The notes beneath the pieces are model-generated. The model searched no databases, had not been told where the DNA came from, and saw nothing but the letters and a program-made list of their open reading frames with translations. A stretch of DNA of 64,000 nucleotides from NCBI GenBank assembly GCA_041674205.1, contig JBAYWF010000006.1, forward strand, positions 410-64,409, read 5' to 3'. The DNA comes from Parcubacteria group bacterium. Lineage in GTDB: Bacteria; Patescibacteriota; Minisyncoccia; Moranbacterales; UBA2206. Of the stretch, positions 38,582-48,398 are shown piece by piece; the stretch's first letter is position 1, and each line of letters begins with the position of its first letter. The position numbers were made by a program, and so were the translations under genes.

Positions 38582-38818
38582 ATGAAACAACTTCACTGTT
38601 TTCGGGACAAAACACGCGTATGCGACAACACATGCGCAGCATTTATTGATTCTTCGGAAGCAAGTTCAACAACGCCTACATCTATTACAAAAAATTGTGT
38701 GTTGATCAATGCCAATATTTCAAGCAGCCTGACTCTTGGCCACATGAATAATCTTATTGAGGCAATCCTTGGAAAGCGTTCTCTTCCTGAGATTCCCATC
38801 GTTCTTTCATACAGATAA
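38582..38818 (+). CDS. small Cys-containing protein of unknown function (78 aa)
   Basis: AGGAGA 7 nt upstream of the ATG; own terminator at 38853-38890; Cys at positions 6, 14, 18 and 39; sits between uvrC and the second uvrA on the opposite strand. Confidence 0.45.
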   Translation: MKQLHCFRDKTRVCDNTCAAFIDSSEASSTTPTSITKNCVLINANISSSLTLGHMNNLIEAILGKRSLPEIPIVLSYR

Positions 38819-38852
38819 GTATTGAAGTTTGAAATACTCGCCCGGATTATAG

Positions 38853-38890
38853 AAGCTGCGCAAGTCACCATTTGCTGCAGCTTTTTTTTA
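38853..38890 (+). terminator. rho-independent terminator after the small ORF
   Basis: AAGCTGCGCAA-(loop)-TTGCTGCAGCTT followed by TTTTTTTT. Confidence 0.7.
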
Positions 38891-38945
38891 AATTTCAAAA
38901 TACACAAAAACTTACACAAATATATGTTTGTTGCATATATTCCAA

Positions 38946-41843
38946 CTATTTTTTCAAAAAATCCCTCAGATATTTCGCCGTATGGCTTTCTTCATAATAA
39001 GTGGCGACATCTTCCGGAGAACCGGTCACGATGACGCGCCCGCCCTGGTCGCCGCCTTCAGGACCCAAATCGATGATCCAATCGGCCGTTTTGATGACAT
39101 CCATATTATGCTCTATCACGATCACCGTATTACCCGCGTCCACCAAGCGGTTCAGGACGATCAATAATTTCCTAATATCGTCGAAATGCAGACCGGTCGT
39201 CGGCTCGTCCAAGATGTAGAGCGTATCGCCGGTAGCGCGCCTTGAGAGCTCCGTAGCCAGCTTGATCCGTTGCGCTTCTCCTCCGGACAACGTAGTAGCC
39301 GATTGGCCCAGATGGATATAGCCCAAACCGACATCATCCAGCACCGCCAATTTGTCATAGATATCATGGAAGCTCTGGAAAAAATCCTTGGCTTCCGAAA
39401 CGGTCATATCCAAAACTTCGGCGATGTTTTTTTCCTTATATCTGACTTCCAAAGTTTCCCGGTTATACCGTTTGCCCTTGCACACGTCGCATGGCAGATA
39501 GACATCCGGCATAAATTGCATCTCGATTTTGATATGGCCCTCGCCTTGGCAATTATCGCATCGCCCGCCTTTGACATTGAAGGAAAACCGGCCCGGACCA
39601 TAGCCTTTGCTTTTCGCCCCTCTGGTTGAAGCGAACAGTTCGCGGATAGGCGTGAAAAGCCCGGTATATGTCGCGGGATTCGAACGCGGCGTGCGGCCGA
39701 TCGGTGATTGGTCGATCATAATCACCTTATTGATGTGCTGTAGGCCGACAATTTCCGAATGTTTGCCCGGCTTATCCAAAGAACGCATCAATTTACTAGA
39801 CAAAGTTTTGTATAGGATATCCTCCACCAAAGTCGACTTGCCCGAACCGGACACGCCGGTCACCACGGTCAAAACTTTCAAAGGGAATTCTACCGTCACA
39901 TTTTTCAAATTATTCTCCCGCGCCCCGCGCACCACCAGCCATTTCTTATTTTTTACGCCGCGCCGCGCCGCTGGCACTTCGATTTCCAACTCATGGTTCA
40001 AATACTTGGCCGTCAATGAGTTTTTATTTTCCATCACTTCCTCCGGCGTGCCTTGGGCTACGATTTCCCCGCCTAAACGTCCCGCGCCCGGGCCGATATC
40101 CACCAGATAATCCGCCTCGCGCATCGTTTCCTCATCATGTTCGATCACGATCAGGGTATTGCCGATATCGCGCAATTGCAAAAGCGTCTGTAAAAGCTTG
40201 GCATTGTCCCGAGCATGCAAACCGATTGACGGCTCATCCAAAATATACAGGACACCCACCAATTGCGAACCGATCTGCGAAGCCAGGCGGATCCGCTGCG
40301 ACTCGCCGCCCGCCAAAGTAGCCGCGGAACGTGACAAGGTCAGGTAGCCCAATCCGACGTTTTCCAAAAATCCGAGCCGCGCCTGGATTTCTTTCAGGAT
40401 CCTGCCCGCGATCAATTCAGCGGTTTTGTTGATTTTCAATTTTTTAAAAAAATCCAGCGAATCCGCCACGCTCACATCCGACACATCGGCGATATTCCTA
40501 TCTCCGACCGTCACCAGCAGAACCTCCGGCTTATATCGCTTGCCTTTGCAAGCCGAGCAAGGATTGTGCGACATATATTTTTCGATGCCTTCGCGTACCG
40601 CATCCGATTCGGTCTTGAAATAACGGTCTTGCAAAAAACCGGTCACTCCGCGCCAGCGCATATAGAAACTCCAGCTCGTACCGGTCTTGGCCCGCACCTT
40701 GATCGGCACTTCCTCCGCCTCCTCTTCGGAAACCATATCGGTCGCATCCGGAGAACCGAAAAGCAAAATATTCAACTGCCGTTCCGGCAGATCTTTGATC
40801 CGCACGTTGTCCGGGATATGGAAATGCTTGCACACCGACAGCAGTACGCCACCATAATAATTGTTTTTCTTGAAATTCCACGGGAAAACCCCGCCCTCAG
40901 CGATGGTTTTGGTCCTGTCAGGGATGACCAAATCAGGATCGATCTCTTTTTTCGTCCCCAAACCTTCGCAAGCGGGACAAGCCCCGTATGGCGAATTGAA
41001 TGAAAACAATCTCGGCTCCAGCTCGGGAAATTCAATTTCGTGCACCGGGCAGGATAATTTTTGGTTATAAACAAATTCCGATTGTGCCTTGGATTTACTC
41101 AGGATTTTAGATTTAGGATTTGAGATTTTAATCTTAACCAATCCCTCTGCCAGCTTCAACGCTTTCTCCACATCTTCAAAAATCCGGCTTAGGTTTTCGT
41201 CCTCGATTTTCACGATGTCGACGACGATATCGATATCGTGTTTTTTATATCTTTCCAATTTGACCTCCTGTCCCGCCTTGACTGACAACCCGATTTTTTT
41301 GCCGTTCACATACGCATTGGAAAATCCCCGCTTCCACATTTCCTCCAGCATCGATGAATATTCACCCTTCCTTTGCCGTACGATCGGCGCCAAGATTTCG
41401 ATTTCCCGGCCTTCGCCGATCCCGATCACCCGGTCCACGATTTCATCGGTGGAAAGTTTGATGATTTCCCGCCCGCAAACCGGACAATGCGGCACGCCGA
41501 TTTTGGCGAACAATAAACGCAGATAGTCATGGATTTCCGTCACCGTACCGACCGTCGAACGCGGATTTTGCGAAGAAGCTTTTTGTGAAATGGAAATCGC
41601 CGGCGACAAGCCTTCGATATAGTCCACGTCCGGCTTGTCCATCTGGCCTAAGAATTGCCGGGCATAAGAAGACAAACTCTCCAAATATCGCCTTTGCCCT
41701 TCCGCAAAAATCGTATCAAAAGCCAAAGTCGATTTTCCCGAACCGCTGATGCCCGTAAAGACGATGAATTTATCCCTAGGCAGCTCCAGATCGATATTCT
41801 TGAGGTTATGTTCCCGAGCGCCTTTGATGATTATTTTATCCAT
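38946..41843 (-). CDS. uvrA: excinuclease ABC subunit A (UvrA), copy 2 (paralog)
   Basis: 965 aa; [50 protein letters not shown]; full two-module ABC architecture with Zn modules. Confidence 0.85.
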   Translation of the reverse strand: MDKIIIKGAREHNLKNIDLELPRDKFIVFTGISGSGKSTLAFDTIFAEGQRRYLESLSSYARQFLGQMDKPDVDYIEGLSPAISISQKASSQNPRSTVGTVTEIHDYLRLLFAKIGVPHCPVCGREIIKLSTDEIVDRVIGIGEGREIEILAPIVRQRKGEYSSMLEEMWKRGFSNAYVNGKKIGLSVKAGQEVKLERYKKHDIDIVVDIVKIEDENLSRIFEDVEKALKLAEGLVKIKISNPKSKILSKSKAQSEFVYNQKLSCPVHEIEFPELEPRLFSFNSPYGACPACEGLGTKKEIDPDLVIPDRTKTIAEGGVFPWNFKKNNYYGGVLLSVCKHFHIPDNVRIKDLPERQLNILLFGSPDATDMVSEEEAEEVPIKVRAKTGTSWSFYMRWRGVTGFLQDRYFKTESDAVREGIEKYMSHNPCSACKGKRYKPEVLLVTVGDRNIADVSDVSVADSLDFFKKLKINKTAELIAGRILKEIQARLGFLENVGLGYLTLSRSAATLAGGESQRIRLASQIGSQLVGVLYILDEPSIGLHARDNAKLLQTLLQLRDIGNTLIVIEHDEETMREADYLVDIGPGAGRLGGEIVAQGTPEEVMENKNSLTAKYLNHELEIEVPAARRGVKNKKWLVVRGARENNLKNVTVEFPLKVLTVVTGVSGSGKSTLVEDILYKTLSSKLMRSLDKPGKHSEIVGLQHINKVIMIDQSPIGRTPRSNPATYTGLFTPIRELFASTRGAKSKGYGPGRFSFNVKGGRCDNCQGEGHIKIEMQFMPDVYLPCDVCKGKRYNRETLEVRYKEKNIAEVLDMTVSEAKDFFQSFHDIYDKLAVLDDVGLGYIHLGQSATTLSGGEAQRIKLATELSRRATGDTLYILDEPTTGLHFDDIRKLLIVLNRLVDAGNTVIVIEHNMDVIKTADWIIDLGPEGGDQGGRVIVTGSPEDVATYYEESHTAKYLRDFLKK

Positions 41844-41933
41844 AAAATTCCTTGGAATTGCAAAAAAAATTAGTTCTTACCCGTTTTCAAATTCACTTGA
41901 TTATAGTACAAACGGAAGGAAGAATCAATACGA

Positions 41934-41967
41934 ATCAAAAAAGAGCTTGCAAACCAAGCTCTTTTTT
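41934..41967. terminator. bidirectional rho-independent terminator
   Basis: AAGAGCTTG-CAAAC-CAAGCTCTT flanked by A-run and T-run. Confidence 0.7.
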
Positions 41968-41992
41968 AAAGCGTTATGGATCAAAGTTGGGC

Positions 41993-43081
41993 TTAATTGC
42001 AACTTCCTCCTTGGGATGCAGCCGCTTGCGTGCTTAATTTTTTCGCGCACTCAGCCGGAGCTTTGTTGAAAGCGTCGCAAATCACCTGTTTATATGAATC
42101 GGAATTGCCATATTGGTATACCGTTTTAGTCGGAACTCCGTTAATCAACATTGTCGGAGATCCTTGGGCGCCGGCATCCGCCGAAGCCTTCTCATTTTCC
42201 TTCATCAAGGCCGTCCCTTCCGAACTGACGCAATTATTTATCTTATCCGCCGATAAGCCCATACTTTTCACTCCGGCTTCCCAGCAAGCCCCGTCACTGC
42301 CGCAATTTTTATTCACATAGGCCACGAAGGCGAACCACCTGTCCTTGCCATAATTCTTCAACACGCAAGCCTCCCTTTCATCCTGAGCGACCTCTTTCGG
42401 ACCATGCAATGACAATATCTCATCGCCGTTGGAAGTCACAATATAGTGGAAATTGAAATCGACTTTTTTCTTCAACAGATCATACGCCGGTTTCAAGGTG
42501 TCTTCAGCCTTGTTCCCGAAAGGGCAGAAACTCATCACATACAAATCGACGACCGGCTTGTCCGTTTTAGGGATTTCCTTCACCTCTTCAGGTTGCTTTT
42601 CAGCGACTTCCTTTTTTTCCACATCGGTATCCATCGCTTCCGGGAAAAATTTCTTGCCGTCTTTCGACAAATAGGTCACTACCTTCTGTTTTCCGTCGAT
42701 ATTTATGGTTATTTTGTATAAACCGTTCTCTACTGACGCCTCCTCGATAGTGGCGACCGTTCCAGGTTGTAAAAGATTGCCATTCACGAAATCCGCGACC
42801 TTGGTCTTGGCGCCCTCCAGGCCGATATCGCCTGTCCTGAATTTATAGAAATAAACCCCGATCGCGGCCGCGATCAAAACGGCGGCGGCAAGGCCAATGA
42901 TGAAATATTTCTTATTATCGCAAACGCATCCGACCAGCTTGTTTTTCACCGCTTGGAATTTCGTTTTTCCAGCCTGGGCTTCTTTGTTTCCCTCCCCCTC
43001 ATTCTGCTCGATGTTTGTTTCCTCCATAAATTTATCTTTCCCGGCAATCCGCCGCCCAAGCGCCAAAAACGCTTCGGACAT
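41993..43081 (-). CDS. membrane-anchored DsbA-like thioredoxin-fold protein with degenerate active site (CPFG instead of CxxC)
   Basis: 362 aa; [23 protein letters not shown]; DsbA/BdbD-like segments [15 protein letters not shown] and [13 protein letters not shown]; several additional Cys pairs. Confidence 0.55.
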   Translation of the reverse strand: MSEAFLALGRRIAGKDKFMEETNIEQNEGEGNKEAQAGKTKFQAVKNKLVGCVCDNKKYFIIGLAAAVLIAAAIGVYFYKFRTGDIGLEGAKTKVADFVNGNLLQPGTVATIEEASVENGLYKITINIDGKQKVVTYLSKDGKKFFPEAMDTDVEKKEVAEKQPEEVKEIPKTDKPVVDLYVMSFCPFGNKAEDTLKPAYDLLKKKVDFNFHYIVTSNGDEILSLHGPKEVAQDEREACVLKNYGKDRWFAFVAYVNKNCGSDGACWEAGVKSMGLSADKINNCVSSEGTALMKENEKASADAGAQGSPTMLINGVPTKTVYQYGNSDSYKQVICDAFNKAPAECAKKLSTQAAASQGGSCN

Positions 43082-43176
43082 TTTTACGGGATATTTATCG
43101 CTTATTTGTTATTTGCCTATTTTACACTGCTACCGCCTTTCAGGCAACACCGCCCAAAAATAGTTGCCGAAAACCG

Positions 43177-44586
43177 CTACGGATTGATATCTTTCGTCCG
43201 GATCTGCTTGTCGGGAAAAATTCCCGATTTTAAAAATCTTCCGGCATTTTTCTTACTGGCATATCTTTTCTTTGAATAGCCGCTGGCTTCTATTTCCACT
43301 AAAAAACTGTCTTTCATATATCTTTTTATTTTTTCAACGGAAATCCCGGATTCCGCGCTGGCTTCATTGCAAACTATGTCCAAATATTTTTCCGTAAAAG
43401 ATCCGAACAACCTCGTGACGACTGAAAGTTTTTTAGCCATTTCATAAACGGAATGGTTGGAAAATCCTGTCGCATTGTCATTATCCACCAGGACGATTTG
43501 GACTTCGAATTGCCGCTTGATCCTCATCCCATCGACATCGCCCCTCACCGGAACATACAAATTTCCATTTATGCCGAATTTTTTGAAATTCTTATTGGAA
43601 TATTCATTCTTATAATTCACCGCCGTAAGCGATCCCTCGCCCAATGCGCCAAGCTGTTTTTCACTTTTTTCCCTGACCTCGTCTATATCGGCTTGACTGA
43701 GAAGTTTGGTGTTTCCAAAAACAAAATCCTTAGCTCCGAAATTTTTCTTGAAATATCTCGCGACAACCGGAACCACCTTTTTGATGTCATCGATGGTCCT
43801 TACTTCGAACTTAAAACCGATTCCGTCCTTAGCCGCCTCTTCAGCCGTAGCTTCCGGCTTGTTTATGAATTTCGATATCAAACTATCTTCGTTTTTGCCC
43901 CTGAAATAAGCGTTGCCTATGACCGTGCTCTGATCGACATCGTCATAAATGATAACCTTATCATACCCGGTCCGCTCCTTTTGCGGACAATGGAAATTTT
44001 GCACCCCCGTGTTCTCATCCGTCTTGAACATAGCTTCGTAAAGAAACTCGCTTTCTTTCGTCAAGCCATCCATTTCTTTTTTTCCAAATTCAAAAGACGC
44101 TACCGCTACTGAAATAAGCGCGCAATAGGCCGGTGACAAACCAACTCCCTCACCCTCCTTCGCAACCGCGGTCCTTTTGAATATTTTTATCACATCCGCA
44201 GCGCTTTTTATGTCCTTCAGGTTTTTTATTTCCTTAGGGAGATCTTTATGTAAATAATTTTCAATGTAATCCTTGGCTTTTACCAAGGCAGCATTGAGCG
44301 CTTCTATTTTATTTTCCAGATTTTCCACATCCAGATATCCCTCAATCGCCTCAACTATCTCATCGTCCGACAAATCCGGGCTCGTTGCGAAAAAATCTAT
44401 AGGCGTTATATTCTCTCCTTTGATATTTATCCCGCCCTTTCTCATCGCATCCATAAATTGCTTTTTATCCGGAGCATTCCGATAGAGATCAGTAATCGGA
44501 TACCATTGTTGGAATTTTTCCGTCTTCGGGGCATCCTTGCTTTGTTGCGCCGGTATGCCGCCCATCATCGATCCTTCTTTGATCAT
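43177..44586 (-). CDS. divergent RelA/SpoT-homolog (RSH) synthetase-like nucleotidyltransferase domain protein
   Basis: 469 aa; YFRGKNEDSLISKFINKP aligns with the RSH G-loop (GRxKxxxSIxxK); DGIGFKFEV with the DxxGxRxxV Mg site; RQFEVQIVL with ExQIRT; ...NHSVYEMAKK with AAHWxYK. No HD hydrolase domain; an unrelated N-terminal domain of about 230 aa. Confidence 0.45.
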   Translation of the reverse strand: MIKEGSMMGGIPAQQSKDAPKTEKFQQWYPITDLYRNAPDKKQFMDAMRKGGINIKGENITPIDFFATSPDLSDDEIVEAIEGYLDVENLENKIEALNAALVKAKDYIENYLHKDLPKEIKNLKDIKSAADVIKIFKRTAVAKEGEGVGLSPAYCALISVAVASFEFGKKEMDGLTKESEFLYEAMFKTDENTGVQNFHCPQKERTGYDKVIIYDDVDQSTVIGNAYFRGKNEDSLISKFINKPEATAEEAAKDGIGFKFEVRTIDDIKKVVPVVARYFKKNFGAKDFVFGNTKLLSQADIDEVREKSEKQLGALGEGSLTAVNYKNEYSNKNFKKFGINGNLYVPVRGDVDGMRIKRQFEVQIVLVDNDNATGFSNHSVYEMAKKLSVVTRLFGSFTEKYLDIVCNEASAESGISVEKIKRYMKDSFLVEIEASGYSKKRYASKKNAGRFLKSGIFPDKQIRTKDINP

Positions 44587-44670
44587 ATTTTTGAAATCAA
44601 TGTCTTACCGCTTTCCACAATTTTAACATGGATGTTTTTTAGAGTAAAATCGTCCCCGCCTGGTCCAGAC

Positions 44671-46629
44671 CTATTTTAATTGCAACTTACGCAACTCGGA
44701 GATTTCATCCCGGATAATCGCCGCTCGTTCGAATTGCAGAGCCTTGGAGGCTTCTTTCATCTCCCGTTCTTTGTGCTTGATATAGCCCTGGATATCCTCC
44801 AGAGATTCCAGCTCCGTGAAATCGCGCGTAAGTTCCGGTTTGATCTCATGATCGACGATCGATTCGATATTTTTCTTGATCGTTTTCGGCGTGATGTGAT
44901 GTTTTTTATTATACGCCGCCTGGACCGCCCGCCTTCGGTCAGTCTCCGAAATCGCCCGCTTCATCGAACCGGTGATCTGATCCGCATACAAGACGACTTT
45001 GCCTGAAACATTGCGCGCCGCCCGTCCGATCGTCTGGATAAGCGAAGTCTCGCTGCGCAAAAACCCCTCTTTGTCCGCGTCCAAAATCGCCACCAGGGAA
45101 ACTTCCGGCAAATCCAAACCTTCCCGCAAAAGGTTCACTCCGACCAAAACATCGAACTCCCCGCGTCTCAAATTTTCCAAAATGCGGATACGATCCAATG
45201 TTTCAACTGAGGAATGCAGATATTCAGCCTTAATCTTGTTTTCCAGCAGAAATTCCGACAAGTCTTCCGCCATTTTTTTCGTCAGCGTCGTAATTAAGAC
45301 CCTTTCCTTTTTCGCGACCACTTTTTTGATTTCCACCAAAACATCTTTCACCTGGCCTTTGGCCGGTTTGATGATGATTTCCGGATCAATGAGGCCGGTC
45401 GGCCGGATGATCTGCTCCACCACTTGCTCCGAATGTTCCTTTTCATAGACGGATGGCGTGGCCGAAGTGAAAATCAACTGTTTTATTTTTTTCTCAAATT
45501 CCGGAAATTTCAACGGCCGGTTGTCAAAGGCGCTCGGCAAGCGGAAGCCGTTATCCACCAAGGATTTTTTCCGCGAATAATCCCCGTTGAACATCCCGCC
45601 GATTTGCGGAATCGTCACGTGCGACTCATCTACGATCATCAGGAAATCTTTAGGGAAATAATCTATCAAGGTGTCAGGAGCTTCCCCGATCCGGCGTCCC
45701 GTCAGATAGCGCGAATAATTCTCGATGCCATTGCAATAGCCGATTTCACGCATCATCTCGATATCCTGCTTGGTCCGGCGTTGCAACCTTTCAGCTTCCA
45801 ATAGTTTGCCTGACCCCTTTAGGAGCGCGACTTGCGCTTCCAAATCTTTTTCAATTTCGCCTTGCGCTTCCTTCATAATCGGTTCCGGCACCACGAAGTG
45901 CTTGGCCGGAAAAACCATCACGTGCTCCAATTTGCCCAGCTCCGCCCCGGTCAAAAAATCATATTCAAAAATCTTTTTCACTTTGGAATCCGCAAGCTCA
46001 ATGCGCGTCACGATTTCCCGCGCCGGCGACATCACTTCGATCGTCTCCCCAGTCAGGCGGAATTTGCTGCGTCCCAGCATATCCGTGCGCAAATATTGCA
46101 TATCGACAAGCTCGCCTGCGATTTCGTCGCGTGAGATTTTTTGCCCGACTTTCAATTCCAAAGAAATATCCCGATAATATTCCGGCGAACCCAATCCGTA
46201 GATGCAGGATACCGACGCCACGATTATCACATCCTCCCGCGACAACAACGCCGCCGTGGAAGCATGGCGCAAACGGTCGATTTCTTCGTTGATCTGCGAT
46301 TCTTTTTCAATATATGTATCACTGGAGGCGATATAGGCTTCCGGCTGGTAATAATCATAATACGACACGAAATATTCCACCGCATTCTTCGGGAAAAAAG
46401 TCCGGAATTCCTGCGCCAGCTGCGCCGCCAAAGTTTTGTTGGGCGCGATGACCAAAGTCGGCTTCTGCACTTGTTCAATCACGTTGGCGATCGTGAAAGT
46501 CTTGCCCGAACCTGTCACGCCCAAAAGCGTCTGGAATTTCTTGCCAGCCCTCAAACCCTTCACCAACCCCTCAATCGCCTGCGGCTGATCCCCGGCCGGT
46601 TTGTATTTACTATTGATCTTAAATTTCAT
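44671..46629 (-). CDS. uvrB: excinuclease ABC subunit B (UvrB)
   Basis: 652 aa; N-terminus QPQAIEGLVKGLRAGKKFQTLLGVTGSGKTFTIANVI; helicase motifs; beta-hairpin region YYDYYQPEAY; C-terminal UVR domain (RAAIIRDEISELRK). Confidence 0.9.
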   Translation of the reverse strand: MKFKINSKYKPAGDQPQAIEGLVKGLRAGKKFQTLLGVTGSGKTFTIANVIEQVQKPTLVIAPNKTLAAQLAQEFRTFFPKNAVEYFVSYYDYYQPEAYIASSDTYIEKESQINEEIDRLRHASTAALLSREDVIIVASVSCIYGLGSPEYYRDISLELKVGQKISRDEIAGELVDMQYLRTDMLGRSKFRLTGETIEVMSPAREIVTRIELADSKVKKIFEYDFLTGAELGKLEHVMVFPAKHFVVPEPIMKEAQGEIEKDLEAQVALLKGSGKLLEAERLQRRTKQDIEMMREIGYCNGIENYSRYLTGRRIGEAPDTLIDYFPKDFLMIVDESHVTIPQIGGMFNGDYSRKKSLVDNGFRLPSAFDNRPLKFPEFEKKIKQLIFTSATPSVYEKEHSEQVVEQIIRPTGLIDPEIIIKPAKGQVKDVLVEIKKVVAKKERVLITTLTKKMAEDLSEFLLENKIKAEYLHSSVETLDRIRILENLRRGEFDVLVGVNLLREGLDLPEVSLVAILDADKEGFLRSETSLIQTIGRAARNVSGKVVLYADQITGSMKRAISETDRRRAVQAAYNKKHHITPKTIKKNIESIVDHEIKPELTRDFTELESLEDIQGYIKHKEREMKEASKALQFERAAIIRDEISELRKLQLK

Positions 46630-46696
46630 ACTATTAACTCTAATTCAATCTGCTATTAATTACAAGAAAGCGCCTCGATAATTTCCATCAAAAAAA

Positions 46697-46720
46697 GCTC
46701 CGAAGGTTGAATCTTCGGAG
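46697..46720. repeat. hairpin repeat GCTCCGAAGGTTGAATCTTCGGAG (8-bp perfect stem)
   Basis: Directly downstream of the 46751-47461 gene; an inverted, near-identical copy lies at 47548-47569. Confidence 0.7.
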
Positions 46721-46750
46721 TTTGAGAAGAAAAAAATATTCTTCTAAAAA

Positions 46751-47461
46751 TCAAGCGTCTTTCGCATCAACAAGCCTATGATCGAAGGCATACTCGACAA
46801 GCCCGCCCATAACAAATCCTGCCATGGCAAACCAGATTATATCCTCGACCGGCGCGCCGAATATTCTGAAATTAGACAAGCGCGAAATATTCCAAAAATC
46901 ATCTATAAATCCAGGTACGGCTATTTGCCAAAAAATATAAACAGGCAGTGAAATCAATGCCACAAGCAGCGCGCTCCAGAGAACAGGCGCAGCCAAATCA
47001 TTTCTAAAGTATAGGATGTAAAGGCCTGCTATCAACATTCCTACGGGGGTGCTGATAAAAGATGCGACATGAAAAAAATAGAATAGGACAGCGGCCGCTC
47101 CGAAAGATATCAAAACCATCGGGGTTAACCGTCGCATAGCCGCAAAAAAAGTTTTTTTATTCAACTCGAATTTCCTGTCTAAATCTTTATTGAAAAAGAA
47201 TTTATAAACCAACGCGGAAATGCCGGGCAACGTAAATGACAAAAGAATATCCTCGATGCCGATTCTCGTCCCTGTTATTGTTTTTGGGTACCACCAATCG
47301 GAAGTCCACCAAAAATATTCGGCGCATACGCCGACTATGATTGCAAGCGTTCCAACAACCCATAGCGGCTTACGGCGATTTGGCCATTTCCAAAAAAAAT
47401 AAAGCCAAATCGCCAAAAAATATAAATCGCCCAAAAGATACGCAAATTTTGAAGATAACAT
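46751..47461 (-). CDS. hypothetical polytopic membrane protein (about 7 TM)
   Basis: 236 aa, highly hydrophobic; Trp/Tyr-rich; flanked by inverted copies of the hairpin repeat. Confidence 0.55.
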   Translation of the reverse strand: MLSSKFAYLLGDLYFLAIWLYFFWKWPNRRKPLWVVGTLAIIVGVCAEYFWWTSDWWYPKTITGTRIGIEDILLSFTLPGISALVYKFFFNKDLDRKFELNKKTFFAAMRRLTPMVLISFGAAAVLFYFFHVASFISTPVGMLIAGLYILYFRNDLAAPVLWSALLVALISLPVYIFWQIAVPGFIDDFWNISRLSNFRIFGAPVEDIIWFAMAGFVMGGLVEYAFDHRLVDAKDA

Positions 47462-47547
47462 ATGTTTTTTGTTTCGAAAGTTTGCTTCGAGATTAATTTC
47501 TATGTTTTAAATTTAATAAATTTTTACCCGGCTGTCCAAAAAACATT

Positions 47548-47569
47548 CCCGAAGATTAAACCTTCGGAG
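47548..47569. repeat. hairpin repeat, inverted copy (CCCGAAGATTAAACCTTCGGAGC)
   Basis: Reverse complement of the 46697-46720 copy with about 2 mismatches. Confidence 0.7.
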
Positions 47570-47851
47570 CTAAACAGCAATAATGCAAATCATGCTTTTG
47601 ACTTATCTTTATTGTAATTCTTCAACGCCATTTGTCAAAAACACATCTTAATGGGAAAACCTTGACAATTTTTATGCTACAGCAATAAATTTGTCGTGGT
47701 ATTTTACTGCCCCTCCCTAAGACCGAAGCGTGCCCTGGTTTATTTTTTTTATTTAACGCAAAAAGTTCCCAAGTTTCGACATTCAGGGTTAAAAACCTCA
47801 CACACGATTCAAACAATACTGCTTGGGGTTGGTTTATGTTATAATCCAAAC

Positions 47852-47995
47852 ATGAAATCGGGATCAAAAACCAAATCCGAAACGCGTGAAACCAAAAAGA
47901 AGCTGAAAATGAAAGTTTCCGGCAGAAGCGTTTTCAAGTTGAAAACCATTTTGGATAAAAAATCCGTTCCGCGGGAATTGACCGAACGCGCCTGA
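47852..47995 (+). CDS. small highly basic protein (47 aa), possibly leaderless
   Basis: MKSGSKTKSETRETKKKLKMKVSGRSVFKLKTILDKKSVPRELTERA; TTATAAT -10 element ends 7 nt before the ATG; no SD. Confidence 0.3.
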   Translation: MKSGSKTKSETRETKKKLKMKVSGRSVFKLKTILDKKSVPRELTERA

Positions 47996-48031
47996 TGTGA
48001 TAGACTGCCATAAGTCTTATTTATCAAACAT

Positions 48032-48394
48032 ATGCGGCTCCTACTTAGAATTTTAGCCAATTGCGTAGCGATTTTGATAGCCACGAAGCTCATTCCGGGC
48101 TTTATTTTTAGCGGCTCATCGATGGATTTACTGATAGCCGGCGTAGTGATCGGCCTCATCAACGCCCTGGTCAAGCCCGTAATCGAAATCATCGCCCTGC
48201 CCGTAGTCTTCCTGACCCTCGGACTTTTCAATATAGTCATCAATGTCGGCCTCCTACTTCTGGCTGACAAATTCCTCACGCAACTGGCAATCCGGGGTTT
48301 TTGGCCGGCTTTTTGGGGAGTAATCATATTAAGCATAATGAATCATCTTATTTCCCACTTGCACAGGAATAAGAATGATTTAAATAAATTTTAA
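48032..48394 (+). CDS. DUF360 / YvlD-family membrane protein (phage-holin-4-like fold)
   Basis: 120 aa; LLRILANCVAILIATKLIPGF ... GLINALVKPVIEIIALPVVFLTLGLFNIVINV matches the PF04020 pattern (LPG, NxxxxP, TLGLF). Confidence 0.8.
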   Translation: MRLLLRILANCVAILIATKLIPGFIFSGSSMDLLIAGVVIGLINALVKPVIEIIALPVVFLTLGLFNIVINVGLLLLADKFLTQLAIRGFWPAFWGVIILSIMNHLISHLHRNKNDLNKF

Positions 48395-48398
48395 GCCT

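Noticed and set aside
38593-38919. 108-aa minus-strand ORF opposite the small Cys ORF
   Set aside because: No SD or promoter-like context, whereas the plus-strand ORF has a canonical SD and its own terminator; it cannot be fully excluded.
43453-44112. 219-aa plus-strand ORF inside the RSH-like gene
   Set aside because: Antisense to an ORF with ordered catalytic-motif matches; Ile/Phe/Leu-rich reverse-frame composition.
47839-48336. 165-aa minus-strand ORF overlapping the DUF360 gene
   Set aside because: The plus-strand ORF matches the DUF360/YvlD family pattern residue-by-residue; the minus ORF is Arg/Ser-rich with no start signals.
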